A stretch of 64,000 bases of DNA, taken from positions 252,667 through 316,666 of the forward strand of contig JAEHCO010000002.1 of NCBI GenBank assembly GCA_020697715.1, written 5' to 3'. Positions 19,492-30,154 of this stretch are shown in pieces. The notes below the pieces were generated by a model. The model saw only the letters and a program-made list of their open reading frames with translations. It ran no database searches and was not told the DNA's origin. Made by a program: the position numbers and the translations under genes. Numbering within the stretch: the first letter of the stretch is position 1; every line of letters starts with the position of its first letter. Origin of the DNA: Methanobacteriota archaeon. GTDB taxonomy: Archaea; Thermoplasmatota; Thermoplasmata; SG8-5; JAGLSY01.

Positions 19492-19599
19492 TTTTTACTC
19501 CTCCTTTACTTTTTATTATTCTTTGAATTTAATATTATTGATTTAATAATCATATTATAATATTTTAAATTATATTTATTATATTATATATTGGCTGCA

Positions 19600-20542
<943 letters not shown>

Positions 20543-20564
<22 letters not shown>

Positions 20565-21262
20565 TCCTCAATTATCTGTTTGCCGTCCAGATAGATGAAG
20601 CCCCTGTCTTTGGCATATTTCATCGCATCCGGGCGCTGAAGGGCATTCCCATCATTCCCCATCATCTCACAGATGGTGGCAGATGGTGATATTCCTCCCA
20701 TCTGGCAAAGAGCTGTGGCCAATTCCGTGTGGCCTTTTCTATTGTCCAGTAGGCCTTTGGCCGCCCTCAGCAGATGCAAGTGGCCAGGAGTTCTGAACCT
20801 GCTGGTGAACTCCTCCACACCACTTCCTGTAACAAAACCATCATCGTCTATAAGCTTTACTAGTTTTCCAAATTCGGATGCGGTCATAGACCTGTCCTTG
20901 TCGGTTATGCCAGTGTAGTTATCTTTATGATTGATAGTTAATGAAAAAGCTGATTTCGTATCATAGGGAAGATGATCTGGTATCATTTTTTCCAGAAGTG
21001 GCATCTCGGCCTTTGCTCCTCTGAGAACATCTACCATGAATGGAAGTCCCATCTTGTCTGCAATTTCATCTGTAACTGTGGAGCATATCAGTCCTCCGCC
21101 GTCCTTTCTCAGCAGCATGATGTCATCTGGTTTCATAAATTCAGATACCATGACGATGTCGGTCTCTTCCTCTCGGCCATCTGCATCGTAGATGAAGACT
21201 GGCTTACCCTTCTTCAGGTCTTCGATCGCCAATACTATATCATTATCCTTGATTGATGTCAT
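20543..21262 (-). CDS. ribB: 3,4-dihydroxy-2-butanone 4-phosphate synthase
   Basis: DADGREEETD, GGLIC, TGITDKDR, PGH and RKGHTE motifs. Confidence 0.93.
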
Positions 21263-21390
21263 TGATGGTGACCAGACACAAATATATATTAAGCTATTTG
21301 TATATACTAATTTTTTGGTAAGTAATAGAATATTGGTGTTGCATCATGTCAAGATCTCAACCAATAAACCTTTATATTGCTTGATTATTT

Positions 21391-22101
21391 TTGAATTCAA
21401 GAGATAGAGGAAGGTATATGGGATTATTTGACTTCATGATGGATACTATTCTGGAGCTTGCCCAGAAGCAGTTCCGACCATTTTTATTGTTCTTATCTAT
21501 GATATCATTGCTCAGTCTGCCATTTATGGCCTGTATTATTGCACCTTCTTCGATCACACATGATCATGATCTGATCGATCAAGAATATGGGAAATTCATG
21601 GAGATCGATGATATATTTCTCAAGCCCATCTCTATAACAGAGAATTCAAGTTATCAGATCATCCATTTTTCCAATGATACAACAGATGTATTTGAGAATC
21701 ATACGCGTGCTCAAATATACGATCTGGTGATGTCCGATCAAGGCATCAGTTTCTCCATGATAACTCGTGAATTGAAGATGGCCAATGGTGTTGTACAGTA
21801 TCATTTGCAGACCCTGGAGAGACTTGGCCTGATAAAGTCAGTACGCGTGGGAAAATTCACAAGATATTATCTATCTGGCACGGAAGATAATGGGCTTACA
21901 TTGACCCAAGAAAAGATACTCAGCGAAATACAGAATAATGGTGAGATCACACAATCCGAGATCGGCTCCAATCTAGGTATCAGTCGCCAGGTCGTTAATT
22001 ATAATGTCAAACAACTGCTCGATTCAAATATCATTCAGAAGAATGAAAATGATCCCACTTCCAATCGTTGCACTTATCTTGTCTCTTATAATTACAGATA
22101 A
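21391..22101 (+). CDS. Double winged-helix transcriptional regulator with N-terminal hydrophobic segment
   Basis: RAQIYDLV...GVVQYHLQTLE and ITQSEIGSNLGISRQVVNYNVKQL HTH motifs; start uncertain. Confidence 0.8.
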   Translation: MNSRDRGRYMGLFDFMMDTILELAQKQFRPFLLFLSMISLLSLPFMACIIAPSSITHDHDLIDQEYGKFMEIDDIFLKPISITENSSYQIIHFSNDTTDVFENHTRAQIYDLVMSDQGISFSMITRELKMANGVVQYHLQTLERLGLIKSVRVGKFTRYYLSGTEDNGLTLTQEKILSEIQNNGEITQSEIGSNLGISRQVVNYNVKQLLDSNIIQKNENDPTSNRCTYLVSYNYR

Positions 22102-22217
22102 TGGCCATTGGCTATATCAATTTGATAGCGGTCTAGATAATTATCCTGGTATCAATAATGGTCTGTAAAACTTCAAACCAAACAGTATTTGTATATTCAT
22201 CCGCATTATGATATCAC

Positions 22218-22910
22218 ATGGTGGATCTCTTCCTGTGGCCAACACTTCTGTGCCTTCTGATACCTATTGGCTATTCATTTCTTAATGACAAAAAGTGTAT
22301 CAAAGAGATACTCCTGATATCCTTTATCCTTCTTGTCATCGTCATACTATATTGGCCCTTCATGGTATTTTTTGAGAATATTCCATATGTCGGTTACCTG
22401 TTGGGTAAATTATTATTGTTTGTGATATTTCCATTTATTATGTTTTATTTGTATATTAAATATATAAATAAAAAAATAAATATTGGCCAGACTCTGAGCG
22501 AGTTTGGTGTGCAGAGAGCAGGAATCAAAGATAGCATGCAATATTTTCTAATTCTCCTCCCCATCATGCTCTTCGCAAACTTCATTGTCGGAATGGGTCC
22601 AGATTCCCCAGTTCAATCATGGTACTCAGGCATGATGTTCATGGAGTCCTTCACAGAAGAATTCTTTTTCAGAGGAATTCTTTTTCTGTACCTCTGGAAA
22701 TTACTGGACATAAGAATAGCCTATGCGACTTCCATCATAGGCTTTGTATTGCTCCATCCACAATATTTCTTCGAGATCGGCATGCTGGCAGGCCTGGTCC
22801 AGGGAGTATTGACATGTATAATATCACACAAGTCAAAGAACATAGTAGGTGCATGGTTCCTGCATGGAGCCAATAGAGTGTTCTCGCTAAGCATAATGCC
22901 ATTGTTTTAG
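22218..22910 (+). CDS. CPBP/CAAX (Abi) intramembrane protease
   Basis: TEEFFFRG, FVLLH and LHGAN motifs. Confidence 0.88.
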   Translation: MVDLFLWPTLLCLLIPIGYSFLNDKKCIKEILLISFILLVIVILYWPFMVFFENIPYVGYLLGKLLLFVIFPFIMFYLYIKYINKKINIGQTLSEFGVQRAGIKDSMQYFLILLPIMLFANFIVGMGPDSPVQSWYSGMMFMESFTEEFFFRGILFLYLWKLLDIRIAYATSIIGFVLLHPQYFFEIGMLAGLVQGVLTCIISHKSKNIVGAWFLHGANRVFSLSIMPLF

Positions 22911-22962
22911 GGTTTGACAATTAGTCAGAAGCCTTAAATAATCCCGCCTTGTATTGTATATC

Positions 22963-23490
22963 ATGGACTGGCTCAGTCACTATATGTTAGGTTTTCTACT
23001 TGGTAGAAGGCTTTCATTGGACAATGACAGTATGCAGGCCTTGACACTTGGGGCTTTGATGCTTGACATGGACATTGTGAAATACCTCGTTCCTGATTCT
23101 TCATTGCCAGTTCATGGAACTCTAAGTCATACATTATTGGGCGCAATTATCTTCACCATTGCTGCGTCCATTGTCTTCCTGGTGATGAAAAAGAAGTTTA
23201 TGGGACACTGGGTGGCCATTGGGATCTTGATGCACCTGGGTCTTGATATGGTCAATACAATATCAATTTATGACAGTGGAAAGGAATTGCTATATCCGGT
23301 ACGAGATACCACTTACACACTGGAGCCATATTTTCCTTATCCTGTCATTTCCTGGGCAATAATGGCTGCGTCCATATTCGCCTTCAGCTTCACGATGTTC
23401 ATTAAATACGCGAAGGAAGGAGATGCACCATGGCGTGTTTGGTTCGATGATAGGCCTATAAGAAAGAAAATAAGAGAATCCAGGCAATGA
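22963..23490 (+). CDS. Membrane metal-dependent hydrolase (YdjM-like)
   Basis: MDWLSH, LDMD, HGTLSHT and HLGLD motifs. Confidence 0.8.
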   Translation: MDWLSHYMLGFLLGRRLSLDNDSMQALTLGALMLDMDIVKYLVPDSSLPVHGTLSHTLLGAIIFTIAASIVFLVMKKKFMGHWVAIGILMHLGLDMVNTISIYDSGKELLYPVRDTTYTLEPYFPYPVISWAIMAASIFAFSFTMFIKYAKEGDAPWRVWFDDRPIRKKIRESRQ

Positions 23491-23491
23491 T

Positions 23492-24385
23492 TCAATCTTG
23501 ATCATGATCACAATCATCATCACTATCATGGTCATCAACAGGATCATTGTCATCTTCATCATCTTTGATATCATTCATTATCTTCTTCCAGGCCTCTTTT
23601 TGCCTTTCGGAGATGTGCTTCGATTCCTCCACTATATTGTTTAGGATATTCTCAAGTATATTCGGGTCCTTGAGTGATATAGCGATGTTCTCTCCGATCT
23701 TCCTGTCTTTTGATGCGATCTCCTTCCAGTGTTTATATCCAACACTGTTCTCGATATCGCCAATCTCTAGGAAACTTCCATGTTCAAAGAATTCACCCTT
23801 TCTGAGCCTGATGGAAGCTATTGTTCCCACAATGGAGCCCGCCAGTGTATCGAAGAGGAGATCCACCATGGTATCCTGTAGACCATGCTGAAGGCTCGTT
23901 CCCAGGAAAATATCTGTACCCCACTCAAGGAACTCCCAGACCACCCCCATGCTCATTGTGAAAAATATGGCTACCAATCCGAAGCCCAGTGGTGGTAATG
24001 AGATCAACTTGGTATGAAAGTTCATGATGTACAGAGTTGTGACCGCGATCAGGGAGATGGTAGCTGACGATATGAAATGTGTGACATGATCATAACCACC
24101 TATGTAGGTGTAAAAATCAACATATCCTCCGATGACGTGAAGGGATATGGACGCCGTGATAGCCAGGTCGAATATCAATGGCAGTGTCACATCGTAATCT
24201 CTTTTCATAATGGTGGGTAAGGAGGTGATGTAGATGGAGAATAGAGTTCCGATGAACCATGTGAACTCTCCCCTAAAGAAAGTAAAAATGGCCATCACTA
24301 CAAGTAGGCCTTTTAAGCCATAGCTAAGGTAGAATTCGAAATTGTATTCTCTGCTGATCTTTATTTTATTGGCCAGTGAACTCAC
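23492..24385 (-). CDS. Membrane protein (DUF2238-like) with acidic tail
   Basis: YDHVTH, WEFLEW and DTMVDL motifs. Confidence 0.7.
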   Translation of the reverse strand: MSSLANKIKISREYNFEFYLSYGLKGLLVVMAIFTFFRGEFTWFIGTLFSIYITSLPTIMKRDYDVTLPLIFDLAITASISLHVIGGYVDFYTYIGGYDHVTHFISSATISLIAVTTLYIMNFHTKLISLPPLGFGLVAIFFTMSMGVVWEFLEWGTDIFLGTSLQHGLQDTMVDLLFDTLAGSIVGTIASIRLRKGEFFEHGSFLEIGDIENSVGYKHWKEIASKDRKIGENIAISLKDPNILENILNNIVEESKHISERQKEAWKKIMNDIKDDEDDNDPVDDHDSDDDCDHDQD

Positions 24386-24435
24386 CTAATATATGATATG
24401 ACCTCTATGAATAAAATACTTCTGAGAAGATATCA

Positions 24436-24798
24436 CTAGTTCTCAATGGCCTTTAAAAGTTCGTCCCTTGTTGGTATGCCCTCCAGCTTATGCTTCCCTA
24501 TCTTCACTGTGGGAATGGTCTTGACATTATCAAGCAGGGCGTTGATAGCTGGCTTGTTCTGCATTATGTCCAGTATCCTTATTTCGATGTCTTCGATATG
24601 GGCATTTGCTTCTGCCAGTTCTTTGATGAGCTGGATAACCTTACCGCTTCTCTTGTCAAAATCATTTGTGTATAATAAGAACCCATCCTCCGCGGCCCAC
24701 ATCCCGCCATGGCAGGCATATCTTTCCCATTTCCCCCTGCGCTCCATCTTCCTGCCTGTATAGACCTTTATCCTTTTTGCATATATCTTTATCAACAT
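24436..24798 (-). CDS. Hypothetical thioredoxin-fold-like protein
   Basis: VKTIPTVKI cis-Pro-like segment and GIPTRDEL end; no CxxC; start may be 24747. Confidence 0.5.
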   Translation of the reverse strand: MLIKIYAKRIKVYTGRKMERRGKWERYACHGGMWAAEDGFLLYTNDFDKRSGKVIQLIKELAEANAHIEDIEIRILDIMQNKPAINALLDNVKTIPTVKIGKHKLEGIPTRDELLKAIEN

Positions 24799-24929
24799 GA
24801 ACTAGTCTCCCACAACTATAAATGAATATATTGTAAATTCAATTATATAAGGAAATTGGTACAGTGTTTTGTAATAGCGAATTCTCAGTATACGATCGAG
24901 CGAGCAGGCTAATTTGATTTTTACGAGAA

Positions 24930-25973
24930 TCAAATATGATCGTAGATATTCGCATTGGCCCCACCATGGCCAATGTCTGTTTCTATCTGCTTTAATAACA
25001 ATATTCTTTTGAATGTAGATGGGTGGGTGGACATGAACTCCATCCTGGCGCGCCCACTCTTTGCTTGTTCTTCCATGGCCTTCTGAAGTTCCCTGTCATC
25101 CAGAACTCCATCACCATCCAGATCATACTTGTTCTTGTTCTGCATGATACTGGCGATCTCTCTTTTCGCACTGACCGGATCTCCGATATAAAAGGCTCTG
25201 GCGGCTCCTGGTTTTTCATTTGACAATGAAAGTCCGAAAGTTATCTTGGCAAGTGCCGAGCTGAGGCTGTGCGGGTCGCCCGTGGCTACCGCGGAATAGG
25301 AATCCGCGTAGAACTCTCTCTGCCTTGAAAGTTTCAAAATAAGTAGCTGTGATATGAAATATACCGCATAGCTGATGATCGCGATAATGATGATCGCTCC
25401 AGCATCCCTGTTGCGCCTTCCTCCCCAGAGGAAGCTTCTGGCCAGCATCCAGGCCAGCATGGGTATCGCACTGACGACCGTCATGACAACGACGTCATTG
25501 TGTCTAAGATGGCCGATCTCATGCGCGAGCACACCCTTGACCTCTCTCTGGTTCAGCTTTTCCAGAAGCCCGGTGTGAACTGCCAGAGTTGAACTCTTCC
25601 TTGACCTTCCGAACACGAAAGCATTGGGTGTTGGATCATTGGAAATAGCTAGTTTCGGCATTGGAATGTCCGCTTGCTTTGCCAATTGACTAACTTCTTG
25701 CTCAAGCCAGGGATTTTCACCGGGTTTTAGATACTGAAGACGCGATCCCCATCGTATTATACCCGGGGATATCGCCCATTGTATGAGCATGAATATGCCG
25801 ACAAAGAAGAATATCAAAATAAGCTGGCCGATAATATTGACGGTTCCATTGTAATACCACATGATGAATTCGAATATCAGCATGATGAACACGAACAGAA
25901 GTCCGAATATCATGATGAGGGTGAGAGCCATGCTCCTTTTGAGTGCGCCAAGTGAGGCCATTGTGTCCGGCAT
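24930..25973 (-). CDS. htpX: Zinc metalloprotease HtpX (M48)
   Basis: PNAFVFG, VLAHEIGH, SRQREFYAD and STHP motifs. Confidence 0.9.
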   Translation of the reverse strand: MPDTMASLGALKRSMALTLIMIFGLLFVFIMLIFEFIMWYYNGTVNIIGQLILIFFFVGIFMLIQWAISPGIIRWGSRLQYLKPGENPWLEQEVSQLAKQADIPMPKLAISNDPTPNAFVFGRSRKSSTLAVHTGLLEKLNQREVKGVLAHEIGHLRHNDVVVMTVVSAIPMLAWMLARSFLWGGRRNRDAGAIIIIAIISYAVYFISQLLILKLSRQREFYADSYSAVATGDPHSLSSALAKITFGLSLSNEKPGAARAFYIGDPVSAKREIASIMQNKNKYDLDGDGVLDDRELQKAMEEQAKSGRARMEFMSTHPSTFKRILLLKQIETDIGHGGANANIYDHI

Positions 25974-26074
25974 GATAATTTCAAGATATAAGGATATCGG
26001 CGGAAAATATACACAATCCAATCAAACATTATATAAACATCTTGATTTTACAGGGTTTACCCAAAGAACACCAT

Positions 26075-26158
26075 GCGGGGATAGCCAAGCCTGGTCAACG
26101 GCGCTAGATTCAGGGTCTAGTTCTTAGTGATTCGCCGGTTCGAATCCGGTTCCCCGCA
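26075..26158 (+). tRNA. tRNA-Leu(CAG)
   Basis: Acceptor GCGGGGA/TCCCCGC+A; anticodon arm CTAGA-TTCAGGG-TCTAG; long variable arm; T-arm GCCGG-TTCGAAT-CCGGT. Confidence 0.95.
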
Positions 26159-26170
26159 TTTTTCATTATA

Positions 26171-26258
26171 GGATTCGAACGAAGTTCGATCGAGAATTTA
26201 TTCATAAATTCGAGAGAGCACCGCAACGAAGTGTAGGTGCGAAATCCGGTTCCCCGCA
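26171..26258 (+). repeat. tRNA-linked structured unit 1 (type A)
   Basis: Starts GGATTCGAAC-GAA-GTTCGA; ends AATCCGGTTCCCCGCA (26243-26258, identical to 26143-26158). Confidence 0.85.
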
Positions 26259-26270
26259 CCTTGTTTTATA

Positions 26271-26416
26271 GGATTCGATAGTAGTAGTCGGTTGCCGTAA
26301 ACCCACCATTTTCATTCAGCTAAACTCGAAGCCAGACGTATGCTTCGAGAATTTGGGTTTATGGCCTACGATGGGAACATCATGCCAGGGGCATATCGTT
26401 CACACGGTTCCCCGCA
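26271..26416 (+). repeat. tRNA-linked structured unit 2 (type B)
   Basis: Starts GGATTCGA; ends CGGTTCCCCGCA (26405-26416); homologous to unit 3. Confidence 0.85.
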
Positions 26417-26496
26417 TTTTTCATTTTTAGATGCGACTTCACCCATAGAACCCACGCATCTATTTTATCAAACTCATTTATGTGTTTGATTCGATA

Positions 26497-26647
26497 GGAT
26501 TCGAAAGTAGTAAACGGTTGCCGTATGCTCATCGAAAAATATTCATCTGAACTCGAAGCAAGACGTAAGCTTCGAGATTTTGAGCATATGGTCTACGGAT
26601 GTGAACATCATGCCAAAGGCATATCGTTCACACGGTTCCCCGCACCA
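26497..26647 (+). repeat. tRNA-linked structured unit 3 (type B), ends in CCA
   Basis: Starts GGATTCGAA; ends CGGTTCCCCGCACCA (26633-26647). Confidence 0.85.
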
Positions 26648-26747
26648 TTTTCTCTATTTTCTAACATCATAGAGGCGGAGAGTTTAGACGAAAGTGATAT
26701 AAGCAATACTTTCGATTTACTTAGGCAAGCGGAGGAGTGGCTGAATA

Positions 26748-27191
26748 ATGGATAAAAAAGGTAAGACGGTTCTATTTGCCAGTATCTTACTAATTATCAT
26801 AATTATCATTGCTGTTTTTATTTCGATTACTGTTTATCAAGACACAGATGATATATTATTAACAGTATCAAAAACTTCTGCGGGGACACATTCTGTAGAT
26901 CTAACGGTTTCAGGCATCAGACCAAATGGTACAGACTCGGTATCATTAGATGATGTTGTAGCCTGGCTCTATTATAATGAATCTCAAACAATGATAAAAT
27001 TGAATGAGGTTTCCCATTTTAAAGACGATTATGTCAACTTCACCTACATCGATATTAATGATAGCCAGACTATTGATGTTGGAGATGTATTCTCTATAGA
27101 ATATCTCAAAGCAGGAGAATTAGGTGTTGATATTGTAAAAGAAGACATTGCTATCCTTACCTTTATAGAGTATTATTCAACCACTCCGTAG
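26748..27191 (+). CDS. Membrane-anchored, possibly pilin-like surface protein
   Basis: MDKKG plus hydrophobic helix; C-terminal DINDSQTIDVGD; GGAG RBS. Confidence 0.6.
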   Translation: MDKKGKTVLFASILLIIIIIIAVFISITVYQDTDDILLTVSKTSAGTHSVDLTVSGIRPNGTDSVSLDDVVAWLYYNESQTMIKLNEVSHFKDDYVNFTYIDINDSQTIDVGDVFSIEYLKAGELGVDIVKEDIAILTFIEYYSTTP

Positions 27192-27254
27192 CGTTGTCTT
27201 TCTGAGGAGTGAGAACGCTTTTCGACGAGTAATAAAAATAGGCTCCTGCCAGAG

Positions 27255-28184
27255 TTAATTAAAGATCTTCTTGATCATCCACTGAGCGTCGAACTTTTCC
27301 AGGTCATCATATTCCTGTCCAGTTCCTACAAAGATAATGGGCTTTCCAACTGCATGTGCAATTGACAATGCGGCTCCGCCCTTTGCATCTGCATCGATCT
27401 TGGTAAGTATGGCCGCATCCAATCCAATGGCATCTTCGAACTTCTTGGCTTGCTCCACTGCATCATTTCCTGCAAGCGAGTCACCAACGAATATCACCAT
27501 GTCTGGATTAACAACTCTGTTAATTTTCTTCATCTCATCCATCAAGTTGGAGTTCGTCTGCATCCTGCCAGCAGTGTCTATGAGAACAACATCCTTGAAT
27601 CTCGCTCTGGCATGCTCCACTGCATCGAATGCCACCGCGGCCGGGTCTCCGCCCGCCTGGTGTTTTATTATCTTGAATCCGAGGTTCTCGGAATGAATTG
27701 TCAATTGTTCTATGGCTCCAGCTCTGAATGTGTCGCCCGCTGCCAATACGCAGGACTTGCCCTGCTTCTTCAATCGATGGCCTATCCTCGCAATAGAAGT
27801 TGTCTTGCCAGTCCCGTTCACTCCAACGAACATCAGTGTAACTGGTTTTTCATGGCTGTTGATGAACTCATCAAAATCAATGGCCTCTGTGTCCAGTATC
27901 TTGGTAAGCGAGACCTTCAGGCTTTCATTGATAGACTTTTCAAAATCAGATCCTCTCTTCACTCGCTTATTGATGAGATCTGCCTTTAAATTCTCCTTGA
28001 GCTCTTCTATGACCTCGATCGCGACATCTGATTCTAGAAGTCCCACTTCTAGATCCCATAAAATGTCATCCAGCTTGCTTTCTTTTATGCGCTTTCCGTC
28101 ATCTTCCGATATAGCTTCTGCTGAGAATTCTTCCTTGGTCTGCTTTTTGAACCCATCCAGCTTGTCTTTGAGGAATTTGAACAT
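27255..28184 (-). CDS. ftsY: Signal recognition particle receptor
   Basis: GVNGTGKTT, DTFRAGA, DTAGR and TKIDADAKGG motifs. Confidence 0.96.
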   Translation of the reverse strand: MFKFLKDKLDGFKKQTKEEFSAEAISEDDGKRIKESKLDDILWDLEVGLLESDVAIEVIEELKENLKADLINKRVKRGSDFEKSINESLKVSLTKILDTEAIDFDEFINSHEKPVTLMFVGVNGTGKTTSIARIGHRLKKQGKSCVLAAGDTFRAGAIEQLTIHSENLGFKIIKHQAGGDPAAVAFDAVEHARARFKDVVLIDTAGRMQTNSNLMDEMKKINRVVNPDMVIFVGDSLAGNDAVEQAKKFEDAIGLDAAILTKIDADAKGGAALSIAHAVGKPIIFVGTGQEYDDLEKFDAQWMIKKIFN

Positions 28185-28198
28185 GGCAAATACCGGGC

Positions 28199-28618
28199 TT
28201 ACTGTATATTGCCCTTGGCATACTCTTCTTGAAGCTTATTGGTAAGCTCCGTGGACTTTGCATCAAGGTTCTGCATTGACTGGGCCATCTTGGTTCCTGC
28301 ATCACTGAGCTCGGCGATCCTCTTGTCCAGTCTCTCGACTGCTTTTTCCGTGCTCTCCTCTGCGGCCAGGTTCATTCCCAGGCTGCCTATGGCTTTATCT
28401 GGCTTATCCACCTTGGCGAAGATAAAATAATTGCCGCCAATTGGAACCAGTATCTCGTCATCCGGTGACCTTTTTGAGAGGTCCAAAAGTGTATCCCTGG
28501 CTCTCATGTACTCGTCATTCAGGTTCTTCAGGAGCTCGTTCTGTTGTTTCATCTGCTCCATCTGACCCCTGTAGGCTTCTAGCTGAGCACTGGCCTGCTG
28601 GATCTCTTCTTCGTTCAT
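28199..28618 (-). CDS. pfdA: Prefoldin alpha subunit
   Basis: Coiled coil-beta hairpin (ILVPIGG)-coiled coil; conserved rpl18a-pfdA-ftsY order. Confidence 0.92.
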   Translation of the reverse strand: MNEEEIQQASAQLEAYRGQMEQMKQQNELLKNLNDEYMRARDTLLDLSKRSPDDEILVPIGGNYFIFAKVDKPDKAIGSLGMNLAAEESTEKAVERLDKRIAELSDAGTKMAQSMQNLDAKSTELTNKLQEEYAKGNIQ

Positions 28619-28851
28619 TGTTCACCCTTGCTTGTCTTGTAAGCGATCACGGAATCCGTGATATCTTCCTGCTTCAGGGGCGTGATATTGTCGATAGTGA
28701 TCCTGAATCTCTTCACACCATGCTTGCTTCCTATGATGGAATATACCTGTTGTTCTGCGTCTTCCTTATCTTTGGCAGCTATCTCTTTGCTGAATGGTTG
28801 ATCTGCATTTCTGCCCATTTGGAAGGTTCCAGTTGCTTTGAACGCTTTCAT
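28615..28851 (-). CDS. rpl18a: 50S ribosomal protein L18Ae (LX)
   Basis: FSKEI...VYSIIGSKHGVKR motif. Confidence 0.92.
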   Translation of the reverse strand: MKAFKATGTFQMGRNADQPFSKEIAAKDKEDAEQQVYSIIGSKHGVKRFRITIDNITPLKQEDITDSVIAYKTSKGEQ

Positions 28852-29029
28852 GTTCTCACCTTTAAATTGTTATGTCTGCCAATTAATCTCGATAATGGAG
28901 GAGATCACTTGACCCTCAGTATGAAGGGTTGAAACACAAATGATAGATAAATGTATCTACTTAATATATACATTTTAGACATGCAATGATACTGGCGGAT
29001 AGGGATGGGGATGGTTATGATGTATGCGG

Positions 29030-30106
29030 CTAACTCTGAAAAGTATCAAGGAACCTGATATAATTGCCCATGACATTCTCGATCGAGGAAATAGACACCC
29101 ACTCATCCGGGCTGTGCCAACTCTCCCCTACTGGCCCATGGACTATCGTGGGGCACATGGTGGCAAATATATTGTAATCGCCTACTGACTTCCCGTAGGC
29201 GATATCACCTTTGACCGTGTCCTGGAATTGGCTTACCAGATTATTATCTGATGTTATGTAAGGCTCCAGGAAAGGTGTAGGTCTTTCCTGGCTCAATGCC
29301 ACATCGAATGCCGCCTGGCTTCCTATCTTTCCAGCCAGGTCGCGTATGTCCTGCATCACGCTTTCCTTTGTCTCGCCAGGAACAACATGCCTGTCGATCA
29401 CAATGCGGCATTCTTCAGGGACTGACAATGTGGTGGTTCCACCATCTACGCTGAGCGGGCACACAGAACCCTTTCCAAGAACATCATGGTCTATGAGAGG
29501 CAGTTCATCCAGCCTGGAGAGCAAGCGGCCAGCTTCTGTGATCGCATTGACCCCTTTTTCAGGCACAGCTCCGTGAGCGCTCCTTCCGCTCACGTTCACA
29601 TCCATCACGTATCTGCCGCGGCAACCCAGCATTATCTTCTCATTGCTGGGTTCTGTTATCAGGCACAGATCTGCTTTCAATCCCAGATCCTTGATCGCGA
29701 AGCCACCTGCTGAATCTCCTTCCTCGTCAATGGTTCCTACAAATATCGCATTGATGCCTTTTTTGACAGCTTCTTGAAATGCCAGCATGGCGATCGCCAC
29801 CCCGCCTTTCATGTCCGCGGTTCCCAGGCCGTACATCCTATCGCCCTCGATCACTGGCTTGAAGGGATCCTTTGTCCATCCATTGCACACTTCGACGGTA
29901 TCCAGATGCCCATTGAAGATAATGGTAGGCTTCTGATCATTCACAATAGAACGGGCAAGCACGTTCCTGCCCTTGCCCGGGACCTCGATGAACTCCACAT
30001 CCACAAGGGGAGCCAACTGGCCGGCTACAAAGTTCTCGATATCCGTGGTCTTTCCCAGAGTGCTTGGAATGGAAATAAGCTCTCTGGCCAGGTCAACTGC
30101 GTTCAT
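29030..30106 (-). CDS. M20 family metallopeptidase (ArgE/DapE-like)
   Basis: NGHLDTV, GLGTADMKGG, DEE, GRSAHG and WHSPDE motifs. Confidence 0.9.
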   Translation of the reverse strand: MNAVDLARELISIPSTLGKTTDIENFVAGQLAPLVDVEFIEVPGKGRNVLARSIVNDQKPTIIFNGHLDTVEVCNGWTKDPFKPVIEGDRMYGLGTADMKGGVAIAMLAFQEAVKKGINAIFVGTIDEEGDSAGGFAIKDLGLKADLCLITEPSNEKIMLGCRGRYVMDVNVSGRSAHGAVPEKGVNAITEAGRLLSRLDELPLIDHDVLGKGSVCPLSVDGGTTTLSVPEECRIVIDRHVVPGETKESVMQDIRDLAGKIGSQAAFDVALSQERPTPFLEPYITSDNNLVSQFQDTVKGDIAYGKSVGDYNIFATMCPTIVHGPVGESWHSPDEWVSISSIENVMGNYIRFLDTFQS

Positions 30107-30154
30107 GCTACTGAATAGTGCTCGAATATAGAATTATTTTGGGTGATGGTATGG

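Noticed and set aside
26143-26647. CRISPR array or additional tRNA genes
   Set aside because: The repeat is the tRNA 3' end (12-16 nt). The intervening sequences are long, mutually homologous, and lack D- and anticodon arms.
26525-26755. 76-aa ORF
   Set aside because: Overlaps structured unit 3 and the tRNA-end copy; the homologous unit 2 lacks the start codon.
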